Position numbers and translations under genes: made by a program. Below are positions 32,905 through 43,444 of a DNA stretch of 43,870 nucleotides, piece after piece. Numbering within the stretch: the first letter of the stretch is position 1; every line of letters begins with the position of its first letter. Below the pieces are notes generated by a model, which was not told where the DNA came from, ran no database searches, and was given only the letters and a program-made list of their open reading frames with translations. The stretch is from NCBI GenBank assembly GCA_046093625.1, contig JBJTFY010000160.1, positions 1-43,870 of the forward strand, in the 5' to 3' direction. Source of the DNA: Actinomycetota bacterium (lineage in GTDB: Bacteria > Actinomycetota > Acidimicrobiia > Acidimicrobiales > Ilumatobacteraceae).

Positions 32905-34794
32905 GTGCGATGGAGGGTGATGGGTAGCCTGACTCGCATGCGTATGGGGCCTCACATGATGATGCCGAGCGATGCGCAGGCGGTGAAGGGTCGCAAACTC
33001 GATCGTTCGACGATCCGACGGGTGTGGGATTTCGCCCGGCCGTACAAGGCGAGCATCGTCGGCTTCCTGTTGTCGATTCTCGTCGCGGCAGCGGTGGCCC
33101 TGGTCGCCCCCTTTGCGTTCCGCGCGATCATCGACGACGCGATCCCGTCGGGAAATCGGGGACGCATCTGGTTCCTCGCGTCGCTGGCCATCGGTGCCGC
33201 GGTGCTCGATGCCGTCATGGCCATCACCCAGCGTTGGTTCTCGGCCCGGGTCGGCGAGGGTCTGATCTACGACCTGCGGGTCGCGCTGTTCGACAAAGTG
33301 CAGCGCATGCCGGTGGCCTTTTTCACCCGCACGCAAACCGGGTCGCTCATCAGCCGTCTGAACAACGACGTGGTGGGAGCGCAATCAGCCGTCACGTCCA
33401 CGCTCGGAAGCGTCGTCAGCAACGTCGTGGTGTTGGTGATGACCTTGGCGGCCATGCTCACCCTCGAATGGCGTCTCACGCTGCTCGCCCTCGTCGTCCT
33501 GCCGGTCTTCATCGTGCCGGCCCGTCGTGTCGGCCAGCGACTGCAGGACATCGCCCGCGAACAGATGGGTTTGAACGCGCAGATGAACACCCAGATGAAC
33601 GAGCGCTTCAACGTTTCGGGGGCCCTACTCGTGAAGTTGTTCGGTCGGCACGAGAGCGAGGTGGGTGCGTTCTCGTCGCGGGCCGGGCGGGTACGCGACA
33701 TCGGCATCGTCTCGGCTCTGTACGGCCGCGTCTTCTTCGTGGCGCTCGGTTTGGTCGGCGCCCTCGGCGCCGTCGCGGTCTACGGCATCGGTGCACAGTT
33801 GGTGGTGTCGGGCGACATCACGGCGGGCACCCTGGTGGCGATGGCAACGCTGGTGTCGCGGGTGTACCAGCCGTTGACCGGTCTGACGAACGCGCGGGTC
33901 GACCTGCTCACCTCCTTCGTCAGCTTCGACCGCGTGTTCGAGGTGCTCGACGCCCCGGTCTCGATCGTCGACAAACCGGGAGCGGTCGATCTGGTCGATC
34001 CGTTGGGTGCCGTCGAATTCGATCGGGTCACCTTCCGTTACCCGGCGGCGGCCACGGTGAGCGTGGCGTCCCTCGAGGCGCCCGGTGCTCCGACCGGCGA
34101 CCCGGATGTCGACGTGCTGCACGGGGTGTCGTTGTCGGTTCGGCCCGGCGAAACCGTGGCCATCGTCGGACCGTCGGGCTCGGGCAAGAGCACCCTCGTC
34201 GGACTGGTCCCGCGCTTGTACGACGTCACGGACGGCGCCGTTCGCGTCGACGGCAAGGACGTCCGCGATCTCACCGGGGTGTCGTTGCGTGCGGCCATCG
34301 GCGTCGTGTCGCAGGACCCCCACTTGTTCCACGAGAGCATCGAAGCGAACCTGCGTTACGCCAAGCCGGAGGCGACCGCCGATGAGCTCGTCGCCGCGTG
34401 TCGCGCGGCGCGCATCCACGAAACGATCGCCGCGTTGCCCGATGGCTACGCCACCATCGTCGGCGAGCGGGGGTATCGGCTCTCCGGTGGTGAGAAGCAA
34501 CGTCTGGCCATCGCCCGTTTGCTCCTGAAGAATCCGGCGGTGATGATCCTCGACGAGGCGACGAGTCACCTCGACAACGAGAACGAGTCGCTGGTGCAGG
34601 CGGCACTCGACGAGGCGTTGCGCGACCGCACGGCTCTGGTCATCGCGCACCGGTTGTCGACCATCCGCGACGCCGATCGGATCGTGGTCATCGAGGACGG
34701 TCGGGTCGTCGAGGAGGGAACCCACGACGAACTGTTGGCCCGTGACGGCGCCTACGCCCGGCAGTTGCGGGTGGGCGAGAACGAACCTACGTGA
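32905..34794 (+). CDS. ABC exporter, fused permease/ATPase (MsbA/type IV exporter-like)
   Basis: A 6-TM domain, then GPSGSGKST, LSGGEKQRLAIAR and ILDEATSHLD. Start is uncertain; the in-frame ATGs at 32938-32962 are more likely than 32905, which is only 15 nt from the divergent gene. Confidence 0.88.
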   Translation: MRWRVMGSLTRMRMGPHMMMPSDAQAVKGRKLDRSTIRRVWDFARPYKASIVGFLLSILVAAAVALVAPFAFRAIIDDAIPSGNRGRIWFLASLAIGAAVLDAVMAITQRWFSARVGEGLIYDLRVALFDKVQRMPVAFFTRTQTGSLISRLNNDVVGAQSAVTSTLGSVVSNVVVLVMTLAAMLTLEWRLTLLALVVLPVFIVPARRVGQRLQDIAREQMGLNAQMNTQMNERFNVSGALLVKLFGRHESEVGAFSSRAGRVRDIGIVSALYGRVFFVALGLVGALGAVAVYGIGAQLVVSGDITAGTLVAMATLVSRVYQPLTGLTNARVDLLTSFVSFDRVFEVLDAPVSIVDKPGAVDLVDPLGAVEFDRVTFRYPAAATVSVASLEAPGAPTGDPDVDVLHGVSLSVRPGETVAIVGPSGSGKSTLVGLVPRLYDVTDGAVRVDGKDVRDLTGVSLRAAIGVVSQDPHLFHESIEANLRYAKPEATADELVAACRAARIHETIAALPDGYATIVGERGYRLSGGEKQRLAIARLLLKNPAVMILDEATSHLDNENESLVQAALDEALRDRTALVIAHRLSTIRDADRIVVIEDGRVVEEGTHDELLARDGAYARQLRVGENEPT

Positions 34795-34801
34795 GGCGCG
34801 G

Positions 34802-36562
34802 TCAGCGCGGAGCCGCTTGCGCCCCGCGAACGAGGGAGCCGGACAACTCGCCGGTGTGCTCGCCGTGTTCGAACGACACCCGACCGTTCTTGATGGTGTG
34901 GTGGTAGCCGGTCGCGGTCTGCATGAGGCGACGACCGTTCGCGGGGAGGTCGTGCACGATGCGGGGCGGGGGCGTGCCGAGGGCCCCGATGTCGATCACG
35001 TTGAGGTCGGCGCGGTAACCCGGAGCCACCACACCGCGATCGAGCAGGCCGACGTGTCGCGCGGTGCGCTGGGTGATGTGGTGAACCATGAACTCGAGGG
35101 GCAACTTCTCGCCTCGCTTGCGGTCGTTGCACCAGAGTGCCAGGGCCGTGGTGGTGGCGCTGCCGTCGGAGATCGCACCACAGTGGGCGCCCGCGTCGCT
35201 CAGACCGATCACCGCGTTGTCGCGCAGGAGCATCTCGCGCACGTCGTCGAGGTTGCCGCGGGCGAAGTTGAACAGGGGCATGTAGAGCAGGCGGTTGCCG
35301 TCGTCCTCACACAGGAGATCGATGAGGAACTCGATGACGGGTCGTCCCGTGGCGGCCGCGCTGGCGGCGACCGAGTCGCGGATCGTCGGCTCGTAGTTGA
35401 CCGGGTTCTCCATCGGGTAGAGCTTGGTGAAGTCACCGAACATCTCGGCGGGCAGTCCCGACAGACGGGTGACGGCCTGGGCATGTTCCACGATCAGACG
35501 GGCCCGACGCTCCGGGTCGCGCAGCGCGGCGACGATCGCGGGCAACGGACGACCCGCGACGTCCTGGAAAGACGGGCAGATCGCCAGGGGGTTCACGGTG
35601 GCGGTGAGACCCTCGAGGATTCCGATGGGGCGAACCGCCACCTGCGTCGACAACGACAGCCCCTTGGCGACGGCCTCGTCGACCCACGCGCCCATCTCGC
35701 GCCAACGATCGGGGAGCGGGGCCGGTTGCTGAACCGTCATGCTGAGCGGGCGGCCGGAAGAGCGCGCCACCAGCTCCATCAGGTTCATCTCGTCACGGGC
35801 GAAGTCGGCGTCCGGTGATTGATACGCGTCGCTGATGAGTTGCACGACTCCGGATCCGGTGGCGGCCATCGCGTCGACGAGGGCGAGCAACTCGTCGGCG
35901 GTGCTGAAGCGGGTTCCGAGTGGGGCACCGTCGCGGGTGCGGTGAATGTACGTGCGGCTCGTCGTGAAACCGAGCGCACCCGCGCGCATCCCCTCCTGCA
36001 CCATGCGGGCCATCGAAGACAGTTCGTCGGCCGTGGGAGCCTCGTTGGGGTCGGCCCCGCGTTCTCCCATGACGTAGGCCCGCAACGGGGCGTGCGCCAC
36101 CTGAGTGGCCACGTCGATCGCGTAGCGACGGCGCGCGAGGGCATCCATGTAGTCGGGGAACGTTTCCCAGTCCCACGTGAGCCCCTCGGCCAGAGCGGTG
36201 CCGGGGATGTCCTCGACACCTTCGAGCATGCCGATCAGCCAGTCGTGTTGTTCCGGGGTGGGTCGAGCCGGTGAGAAACCGACTCCACAGTTGCCCATCA
36301 CGATCGACGTGACGCCATGAATGCTGCTGGGAGCCAGGATCGGGTCCCAAGTGGCCTGTCCGTCGAAGTGCGTGTGGATGTCGACGAAGCCCGGGGTGAC
36401 CACCAGATCGTCGGCCTCGATCTCGCGCCGTCCCCGACCGGCCACGCGGGGCTCGACGTTCGTGATGATGCCGTCGGACACCGCGACGTCGGCGACGCGT
36501 GGAGCGCCGCCGGTCCCGTCGACGACGTTGGCGTTACGGATCACGAGATCGTGTGAACTCAT
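34802..36562 (-). CDS. N-acyl-D-amino-acid deacylase (D-aminoacylase) family amidohydrolase
   Basis: LVIRNANVVDGTG...VTPGFVDIHTHFD. 586 aa from the ATG at 36562. Confidence 0.78.
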   Translation of the reverse strand: MSSHDLVIRNANVVDGTGGAPRVADVAVSDGIITNVEPRVAGRGRREIEADDLVVTPGFVDIHTHFDGQATWDPILAPSSIHGVTSIVMGNCGVGFSPARPTPEQHDWLIGMLEGVEDIPGTALAEGLTWDWETFPDYMDALARRRYAIDVATQVAHAPLRAYVMGERGADPNEAPTADELSSMARMVQEGMRAGALGFTTSRTYIHRTRDGAPLGTRFSTADELLALVDAMAATGSGVVQLISDAYQSPDADFARDEMNLMELVARSSGRPLSMTVQQPAPLPDRWREMGAWVDEAVAKGLSLSTQVAVRPIGILEGLTATVNPLAICPSFQDVAGRPLPAIVAALRDPERRARLIVEHAQAVTRLSGLPAEMFGDFTKLYPMENPVNYEPTIRDSVAASAAATGRPVIEFLIDLLCEDDGNRLLYMPLFNFARGNLDDVREMLLRDNAVIGLSDAGAHCGAISDGSATTTALALWCNDRKRGEKLPLEFMVHHITQRTARHVGLLDRGVVAPGYRADLNVIDIGALGTPPPRIVHDLPANGRRLMQTATGYHHTIKNGRVSFEHGEHTGELSGSLVRGAQAAPR

Positions 36563-36608
36563 GTCGTCAGTCTGCCATCCCGATCGTCGCGGCGATCGAG
36601 CGGACGGG

Positions 36609-37508
36609 TCACTTGCGCAGACGGGGCAGGAGCATCGGGGTGTCGGCCTTGTACGCGGCCCACCCCGGTCGGCGTTCGGCACTGCGTTTCTCGGCGATCG
36701 GGATCGACGCCGCGAGGAACATGATCGTCATGGCCAACGCCCCGATTCCGGTCCACCACGACCCCGGGTCGGCGGCCACGGCGAAGAGGAACAGCGACCA
36801 CCACCAGAACATCTCGCCGAGGTAGTTCGGGTGACGTGACCGACTCCAGAGTCCGGTGTTCAACACGTCACCGGGTTGCTTGGTGCGGTTGAAACGCCGC
36901 AGGTCGACGTCGGCGAAGTGCTCGAGGGCCACTCCGACGAGGGCCACGACGATCGCCACCACGTCGAGCCACCCGAATCCGCGCCCGGAATCCTGGGGAT
37001 TCGAGGCCGCGGTCGCCAACGGGAGTGAACCGAGGGTGACCACGACCAACGGGAAGAAGTGCACCGAGGTGAACGACACGGCCCAACGCGGCATGGGGAC
37101 CGTCTCGTAGAGCATGCGGTAGCGCCAGTCCTCGTGACCGAGACCCGTCCAGCCGATCGCCCAGTTGGCGGTGAGGCGCAGGCCCCACAAAACCGCGCAG
37201 TCCGCCATGGCCCAGGCGCGCGCCCCCGAACCGTCGACGACGATCGCGAACCAGATCGCCAACACGGGTGGCATGACGCTCCACCACGCGTCGAAGGTCG
37301 AACCGTTCTGCACCACCTGACTGGCCGCGTAGAGAAAGGCGACCGAGCCGGCGTACCCGACGATCAGGGCGACGTACGGATCGTCGACCGAACCGTTGGC
37401 GAGCACGAGCGCGATGGTGGTGGCGATCACGTACAGCAACACGATCACTCCGAAAGAGCGACCACGGGTCCAACCGGGGGTGTCGTTCATACCCTCATCA
37501 TGACCCAA
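36609..37508 (-). CDS. DUF1295 / steroid 5-alpha-reductase-ICMT-like membrane protein
   Basis: Polytopic protein with GLWSRSRHPNYLGEMFWWWSLFLFA. Confidence 0.7.
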   Translation of the reverse strand: MGHDEGMNDTPGWTRGRSFGVIVLLYVIATTIALVLANGSVDDPYVALIVGYAGSVAFLYAASQVVQNGSTFDAWWSVMPPVLAIWFAIVVDGSGARAWAMADCAVLWGLRLTANWAIGWTGLGHEDWRYRMLYETVPMPRWAVSFTSVHFFPLVVVTLGSLPLATAASNPQDSGRGFGWLDVVAIVVALVGVALEHFADVDLRRFNRTKQPGDVLNTGLWSRSRHPNYLGEMFWWWSLFLFAVAADPGSWWTGIGALAMTIMFLAASIPIAEKRSAERRPGWAAYKADTPMLLPRLRK

Positions 37509-37555
37509 CCACCCGTGGCGGGCGGATGTCGAGCGACGTCGTTCGGGGGTGATTC

Positions 37556-38572
37556 GTGGCGATCTATTCTCGGGACATGAAGCGGCGGCTGGTGTCGGTG
37601 CCCGGGCTCGTGCTGGCCGCCGTCGTCTTGCTCGTCACGTTTCCGGTGTGGGTGATCGCCTCGGCCGTGTTCGACCTCGCTCGGGGCCGGATGCGTCTGC
37701 CGACCACCCGCCTCCTGGCGTTCGCGCTCGCGTGGGCGTGGCTCGAGACGTGCGGCGTGATCGTCTCGCTCGCCCTGTGGTGCGTCGGCAAGTCGGGTGA
37801 TCATCGACGTCACTACTCGCTGCAGCGATGGTGGGCGCGCAACCTCCTGCGTGCCCTGGGGGTCACCTGCGGGGTACGGGTCACCGTGGAGAACCCGGAG
37901 GCCCTGCGCCCGGGGCCGGTGTTGTTGTTCGCGCGACACGCGAGCCTCGCGGACTCGCTGGTGTCGGCGTACGTGGTCACGACCGTGGCGGCCATGAACC
38001 CCCGTTACGTGCTGAAGAAGGAATTGCTCGCCGATCCGTGTCTCGACGTGGTCGGGCAACGACTACCCAACCACTTCCTCGACCGCGGCGCGACGGACTC
38101 CACACCGGAGTTGCAGGCCCTCTCCGCGCTGAGCGCGGGGATGGGTGTCGGTGATGTCGGGGTGATCTTCCCCGAGGGCACGCGGGCGAACCCGGCCAAG
38201 CGGGCGACCGCCCTCGAACGCATCGGAACGATCGACCCCGGTCGTCGGGCGCGCCTCGAGAGATTGAGTAATCTGTTGCCACCGCGGCCCGCCGGTGCCG
38301 CGGCGATGTTGCGGGGGCACGAATCGTGCGACGTGGTGTTCGCGTGGCACGTCGGCTTCGAAGGACTCGACACCTTCTCGGGGATCCTGCGGGCGCTGTC
38401 CGCGCCCGTTCCACCGGTCCGATTCGTGATGCGGCGGGTTCCGCGATCCGCGATTCCGTCGGCAGGGTCGGAGATGATGGGTGCGTCACCCGCTCTCGTG
38501 GCGTGGCTCGACGAGCAATGGTTGCAGATGGATCGTGAGGTCGACGTCGCGTTGGCTTCACGCACGGGATGA
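37556..38572 (+). CDS. Lysophospholipid / 1-acylglycerol-3-phosphate acyltransferase (PlsC family)
   Basis: N-terminal TM, the HX4D variant FARHASLADS and IFPEGTR. The alternative start at 37578 is plausible. Confidence 0.72.
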   Translation: MAIYSRDMKRRLVSVPGLVLAAVVLLVTFPVWVIASAVFDLARGRMRLPTTRLLAFALAWAWLETCGVIVSLALWCVGKSGDHRRHYSLQRWWARNLLRALGVTCGVRVTVENPEALRPGPVLLFARHASLADSLVSAYVVTTVAAMNPRYVLKKELLADPCLDVVGQRLPNHFLDRGATDSTPELQALSALSAGMGVGDVGVIFPEGTRANPAKRATALERIGTIDPGRRARLERLSNLLPPRPAGAAAMLRGHESCDVVFAWHVGFEGLDTFSGILRALSAPVPPVRFVMRRVPRSAIPSAGSEMMGASPALVAWLDEQWLQMDREVDVALASRTG

Positions 38573-38581
38573 GGAGTCGTC

Positions 38582-39358
38582 TTGGGTGAAGTGATGCTGT
38601 GGTCGGCCGGGGCGATCCTCGTGGTCATGGTGTCGACATGGTTGTTGAGCGTGGTCATCGCCAACGCCTCGATCGTCGACATCGTGTGGGGACTCGGCTT
38701 CGTGGTCGTGGGCTGGGTGGCTCGGGTCACCGCGGACGGCGACGATGCTCGTCAGTGGCTCCTGACGATCATGGTCTCGGTCTGGGGGCTCCGCCTCGGC
38801 GGGTACCTCGCCTGGCGCAACATCGGCCACGGAGAGGACTTCCGATACAAGAGCATGCGCAAGCGTTGGGGGGCCCGGTTCCCGGTGATCAGCCTCGTGA
38901 CGGTTTTCGGACTGCAGGGACCCCTGATGTGGCTCGTGTCCTTGCCGGTCCAACTCGGTCAGGCCGACGATTCGCCCTCGATCGGTGTCCTGGCGTGGAT
39001 CGGCGTCGCCGTGTATCTCGTGGGGTTGTTCTTCGAGGTGGTGGGGGACGCCCAGTTGACCCGATTCAAGGCCGACGCCGCGAACGCCGGGAAAGTGATG
39101 GATCGCGGACTCTGGAGATACACCCGTCACCCGAACTACTTCGGTGACGCCTGCGTGTGGTGGGGGATCGCGATCGTGGCCGCCGAGACGGGTTCGGGGG
39201 CGTGGGGTCTCGTCGGTGCGGCGGTGATGTCGTTCTTCTTGCGGCGTGTGAGCGGCGTGACGATGCTCGAGCGTTCGCTCAAGAAGCGGCGCGAGGGTTA
39301 CGACGATTACATCGCCCGCACGAGTCCGTTCATACCCCGTCCGCCCAGGAAGGTCTGA
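38582..39358 (+). CDS. DUF1295 / steroid 5-alpha-reductase-ICMT-like membrane protein (second paralog)
   Basis: GLWRYTRHPNYFGDACVWWGIAIVA in a polytopic protein. GTG start 10 nt after the acyltransferase stop. Confidence 0.7.
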   Translation: MGEVMLWSAGAILVVMVSTWLLSVVIANASIVDIVWGLGFVVVGWVARVTADGDDARQWLLTIMVSVWGLRLGGYLAWRNIGHGEDFRYKSMRKRWGARFPVISLVTVFGLQGPLMWLVSLPVQLGQADDSPSIGVLAWIGVAVYLVGLFFEVVGDAQLTRFKADAANAGKVMDRGLWRYTRHPNYFGDACVWWGIAIVAAETGSGAWGLVGAAVMSFFLRRVSGVTMLERSLKKRREGYDDYIARTSPFIPRPPRKV

Positions 39359-39399
39359 TCGTCGGTCGCGTGCACCCGCGCGACATCTAGTGTGGGAAC

Positions 39400-40044
39400 G
39401 TGAGTGCGCCGGAACGAACCGAACCGCGCGCGTTCGCGGTTCGTGCCGTGGCGTTGTTGGCGGGGAACATCGGTGTCGGAATCGGCATCTCCGTGATGGT
39501 TTCGGCCCACCTCGGGGTCGCACCGGCCGACGTGCTGGCCACCGGAGGAGCCGAGCAGTTCGACATCGGTGTGGGCACGATGGGATGGATCAGCGGGGGC
39601 ATCTTCATGCTCCTGGCCACGGCGGTCCGGCGTCCGCCGTCGTGGGGCACCATCATCGGCGGGGTCCTCGTCGGACAAGTGGTGAACCTGGTCATCGACC
39701 GGGTTCCCGAGCCCGACGCGATGCCGTGGCGCATCGCGATGATGTTGCTCGGCCTCGCGCTCCTGTACGCGTCCATCTCGGTGGGCGTGGCCACCACCCT
39801 CGGTACCGGTCCGATGGAACTCTTGATGTTGGGACTGGTCGACAAGGGAGTGAGCGTTCAGGTGGCGCGCTGGGGCATCGAGGCCACCACCGTGACCATC
39901 GGGTTCCTGCTCGGCGGTCAGATAGGAGTCGGTACGGTCATCTTCGTCGTGTCGACCGGACCGGTTCTCGCGCGCACCCTGCCGCCCGTGGCGCGATTCA
40001 TGGGTACGCAACTCCTGCGACCCACTGCGGCCCTCGACGCCTGA
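39400..40044 (+). CDS. YczE/YitT-like integral membrane protein
   Basis: ~6 TM with LLAGNIGVGIGISVMVSAHLGVAPADVL. Family assignment is from memory. Confidence 0.5.
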   Translation: MSAPERTEPRAFAVRAVALLAGNIGVGIGISVMVSAHLGVAPADVLATGGAEQFDIGVGTMGWISGGIFMLLATAVRRPPSWGTIIGGVLVGQVVNLVIDRVPEPDAMPWRIAMMLLGLALLYASISVGVATTLGTGPMELLMLGLVDKGVSVQVARWGIEATTVTIGFLLGGQIGVGTVIFVVSTGPVLARTLPPVARFMGTQLLRPTAALDA

Positions 40045-40045
40045 G

Positions 40046-41269
40046 TCAGCGACGCGGCAGTCGACTACCGAGCACACCGCTCGTTTCGAGTGCGTCGATC
40101 GTCGCGTCGTCGAGTCCGAGCAGTTCGGCCATCACCGCCCGGTTGTCCTCGCCGCGGAAGCGGGGCTGGCCCGAGGTTCCGACCGCACCGCGCTCGAAGT
40201 GCCACGGGGCGTTCGGCACTCGCACCGTGCCGCCACTGCGGTCGTCCACCTCGACGATTGCGCCCCGTGCGCGGGCCCAGTCGCTGTCGGCGATCTCGCG
40301 CACCGAACGCATGACACCCATGGCGAAGCCGTGCGCGTCGCATCGTCGCTCGAACTCGTGCGCGTCGGGCACCGAGGCGGCCCATGCGCGCATCTCGTCG
40401 TGAAGCGCACCGAGGTGGTCGAGTCGCGCGCGGGGGTCGGCGAAACGCGGATCGTCGAGAAGGTGCGGCTTCTCCATGAGGGCGACCAACATCTCGAAGG
40501 TCCCCTTCTCGGCCGGGTGGGCGCTCATCACGACGGTGCTGCCGTCGGCGACCGTCATCACCGGATAATCGCCGGGTCGGAACGAGCGAACCCATTGCGG
40601 GTCGACCGGCCCGTCGAAGAGCTGGTCGTGCACGTGCTCGTTGACGTAGAGCATCGTCTCGGTCATCGAGACGTCGATGCGCTCGCCGAGTCCGGTGCGT
40701 TCGCGCTGCACGAGCGCGGCCAGAACTGCCGACGACGTCTCGAGTGCGGTGTACACATCGGCGTGTGACCAGGGGTCGTTGGTGAAGTCCCCACCGCGCG
40801 CCTCGCCCTGCATCCTCGTCATGCCGCTCTCGGCCCCGATCACGCTCGCGTACGCCCGTCGATCGACCCATGGCCCATCGGCTCCGTATCCGCTGATCGA
40901 CGCGTAGACGAGTCGCGGGTTGACCTCTCGCAAACGCGACCAGCCGAGGCCGAGGCGGTCCATCACGCCGGCGCGGTAGTTCTCGATGAGCACGTCGCTC
41001 ACCGTGACGAGCCGTCGGAAGATGTCGGCGCCCTCGGGCCGAGCGAGATCGACGCTGATGCAGCGCTTTCCGACGTTCTGCTGCATGAAGTAGGTGGCCA
41101 TCGAACCCACCTTCGGACTCGAGAAGCGGGTGAGGTCGCCGTCGGGTGGTTCGATCTTGATGACCTCGGCGCCGAGGTCGCACAGCATCCGTCCGCAGTG
41201 TGGTCCGGCCAGGACGCGCGTGAGATCGAGCACGCGGATGCCGGCGAGAGGCGCGCGTCGATCGGACAT
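40046..41269 (-). CDS. Family III CoA-transferase (CaiB/BaiF)
   Basis: GIRVLDLTRVLAGPHCGRMLCDLGAEVIKIEPP. 407 aa. Confidence 0.88.
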   Translation of the reverse strand: MSDRRAPLAGIRVLDLTRVLAGPHCGRMLCDLGAEVIKIEPPDGDLTRFSSPKVGSMATYFMQQNVGKRCISVDLARPEGADIFRRLVTVSDVLIENYRAGVMDRLGLGWSRLREVNPRLVYASISGYGADGPWVDRRAYASVIGAESGMTRMQGEARGGDFTNDPWSHADVYTALETSSAVLAALVQRERTGLGERIDVSMTETMLYVNEHVHDQLFDGPVDPQWVRSFRPGDYPVMTVADGSTVVMSAHPAEKGTFEMLVALMEKPHLLDDPRFADPRARLDHLGALHDEMRAWAASVPDAHEFERRCDAHGFAMGVMRSVREIADSDWARARGAIVEVDDRSGGTVRVPNAPWHFERGAVGTSGQPRFRGEDNRAVMAELLGLDDATIDALETSGVLGSRLPRR

Positions 41270-41313
41270 CTCCCTATGATGCTCGCTCGCGACGAGCGTG
41301 ACATGATCGGGTC

Positions 41314-42150
41314 ATGAGCACCTCGTCGAACCCGCTTCCACTCGACGGCCGCGTGGCCCTGATCACCGGAGGCGGATCGGGCATCGGGCTCGGTTGCGCC
41401 CGCGTGTTGGTCGCGGACGGGGCGACGGTGGTGTTGGCGGCGCGCAACACCACTCGGCTCGCGGCGGCGGCATCCGAATTGGGAGCCGATGGCGCGCGGG
41501 TGATCACGGTGGCCTGTGACGTCACCGACGAGGCGAGCGTGAAGTCCGCTTGCGACGTCGCCAACGAGGCCGGTCGGCTGACGATGGTCGTGGCCAACGC
41601 CGGATACGGCACCGGCGGGCCGATCCATCTGACGTCGCTCGACGACTGGAACGGCGTCATCGGCACCAACCTCACCGGAGCGTTCCTGACCATCAAGCAC
41701 TCGGTCGCCCACCTGGCGGCCAACGGCGGCGGGTCCATCGTGGCGGTGTCGTCGATCGCGGGGCCGGTGACGCATCGCTTCATGACCCCGTACGACGTGA
41801 GCAAGGCCGGACTCGAGATGTTGATTCGTCAGACCGCCGACGAGTTGGGGTGTCGCAACATCCGGGCCAACGCCGTGCGGCCGGGCCTCGTGCCGACCGA
41901 CGCCACCGAGGCGATGGTGAACTATCCGCCGGTGGTGGAGGACTACCTCGCCCAGATGCCCCTCGGACGCGTGGGCACGACCGAGGACGTCGGTCGGTTG
42001 GTGCGCTTCTTGTTGGGTGACGAGAGTTCGTGGATCACCGGCACGTGCATCAGCGTCGACGGCGGACACCACCTGCGGCGCGGCCCGAACATCGAGCCCT
42101 TCATGGAGATGGCCCTCGGCGACGCGCGCTACCCGGCCGGACCGATCTGA
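41314..42150 (+). CDS. Short-chain dehydrogenase/reductase (SDR)
   Basis: ALITGGGSGIGLG, NAG, and S...YxxxK (YDVSKAG). Confidence 0.88.
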   Translation: MSTSSNPLPLDGRVALITGGGSGIGLGCARVLVADGATVVLAARNTTRLAAAASELGADGARVITVACDVTDEASVKSACDVANEAGRLTMVVANAGYGTGGPIHLTSLDDWNGVIGTNLTGAFLTIKHSVAHLAANGGGSIVAVSSIAGPVTHRFMTPYDVSKAGLEMLIRQTADELGCRNIRANAVRPGLVPTDATEAMVNYPPVVEDYLAQMPLGRVGTTEDVGRLVRFLLGDESSWITGTCISVDGGHHLRRGPNIEPFMEMALGDARYPAGPI

Positions 42151-42162
42151 TCGGGGCGAGGC

Positions 42163-43404
42163 TCAGCGCGGCGACAAGTGGCGCAGAGCCACCGCGCCGT
42201 ACAGGGCGATTCCGGTCGTCATGCACTCCTCGTCGTAGAACACCCGGTTCGAGTGGTTCGGTGCGGCCAGAGACGGGTTGCGGTCGTGCGGTGTGGCGCC
42301 GAGAAAAACCATCGCTCCGGGCACGCGGTTGAGGACGTAACCGAAGTCCTCGGCCCCCATCACCGGAGTCGGGAGTTCGATGAAGCGCTCGGCTCCGATG
42401 AGTTCCCTCGTGATCGCCGCGGCGCGCAGGGCGTAATCCGAATCGTTGACCGTGACGTCGTAACCGTCGCGCAATTCGACCTCCACCTCCAGGCCGTGTG
42501 CGCTCGCGATGCCCTCGGCGACACGACGCACTCCGTCGTGGATGAGGCGCCGCGTGGTCTCGCTGATGGCTCGGATGGTGCCCTTGATCGTGGCCGCCTC
42601 GGGGATCACGTTGGTGGCGGTTCCGGCGTTGATCTGGGTGATGGTGAGCACGCCCGGATTGAAGGTGTTGACCCGACGGGTGATCATCGATTGCAGGGCC
42701 TGCACGATCTCGCACGCGGCCGGCACCGGATCGAGCGTGCGGAACGGTTCACTGGCGTGGCCACCCTTGCCGGTGAGCACGATCGAGATGACGTCGCTGG
42801 AGGCCATGAGCGGACCCTGTCGGGTGCTCACGAATCCGGTGGGGAGCGACGACGTGGTGTGGATCGCGAAGGCACCGGTGACGTCGGAGGCGGACCCGTC
42901 GGCGAGCGGGCCGACGTCGAGCAGGCCCTCGTCGAGCATGTGCGAGGCGCCGTTGTGGCCTTCCTCGCCGGGCTGGAACATGAAGAGCACCCGACCATGC
43001 AGTCGGCTCTTGTGCGCGGTCAGGAGCCGAGCGGCACCGGCCAGCATCGCGGTGTGGGTGTCGTGTCCGCACGCGTGCATGGCGTTCTCGACCCGTGAAC
43101 TGAAGTCCACACCGGTGTCCTCGGGCATGGGAAGGGCGTCCATGTCACCACGCAGGAGCATGGTCGGACCGGGGTGGTCGCCTTCCAGCGCCGCCACGAT
43201 GCCCGACGTGGTCTCGTGCAAGGTGATGCCGAGCGGAAGGCCCTCGAGTGCCGCCAACACCTCGTCGCGGGTGCGGGGGAGGTGATTGCCCAATTCGGGC
43301 CATTCGTGCAAGGAGCGGCGCAACCTCACGGCGTCGTCGAGCAGGTCGCGGCTCTCGTCGGTGAGCGTGGAGATGTCGTTCGGACCGGACGCGGTGGTGG
43401 ACAT
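42163..43404 (-). CDS. M20D-family amidohydrolase (aminoacylase/hippurate hydrolase-like)
   Basis: LHEWPELG, MHACGHDTHTAML and FQPGEEG. The ATG at 43404 is chosen over the ORF maximum 43446, which would overlap the divergent NUDIX start. Confidence 0.82.
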   Translation of the reverse strand: MSTTASGPNDISTLTDESRDLLDDAVRLRRSLHEWPELGNHLPRTRDEVLAALEGLPLGITLHETTSGIVAALEGDHPGPTMLLRGDMDALPMPEDTGVDFSSRVENAMHACGHDTHTAMLAGAARLLTAHKSRLHGRVLFMFQPGEEGHNGASHMLDEGLLDVGPLADGSASDVTGAFAIHTTSSLPTGFVSTRQGPLMASSDVISIVLTGKGGHASEPFRTLDPVPAACEIVQALQSMITRRVNTFNPGVLTITQINAGTATNVIPEAATIKGTIRAISETTRRLIHDGVRRVAEGIASAHGLEVEVELRDGYDVTVNDSDYALRAAAITRELIGAERFIELPTPVMGAEDFGYVLNRVPGAMVFLGATPHDRNPSLAAPNHSNRVFYDEECMTTGIALYGAVALRHLSPR

Positions 43405-43444
43405 GAAGGGGATCGTAGACGCGCGCCGTGGTAGGCAATGACCC

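Noticed and set aside
32890-33384. N-terminal extension of the second TAP peptidase ORF (677-aa version)
   Set aside because: It runs antisense into the ABC exporter gene. A signal peptide begins at the ATG at 32889.
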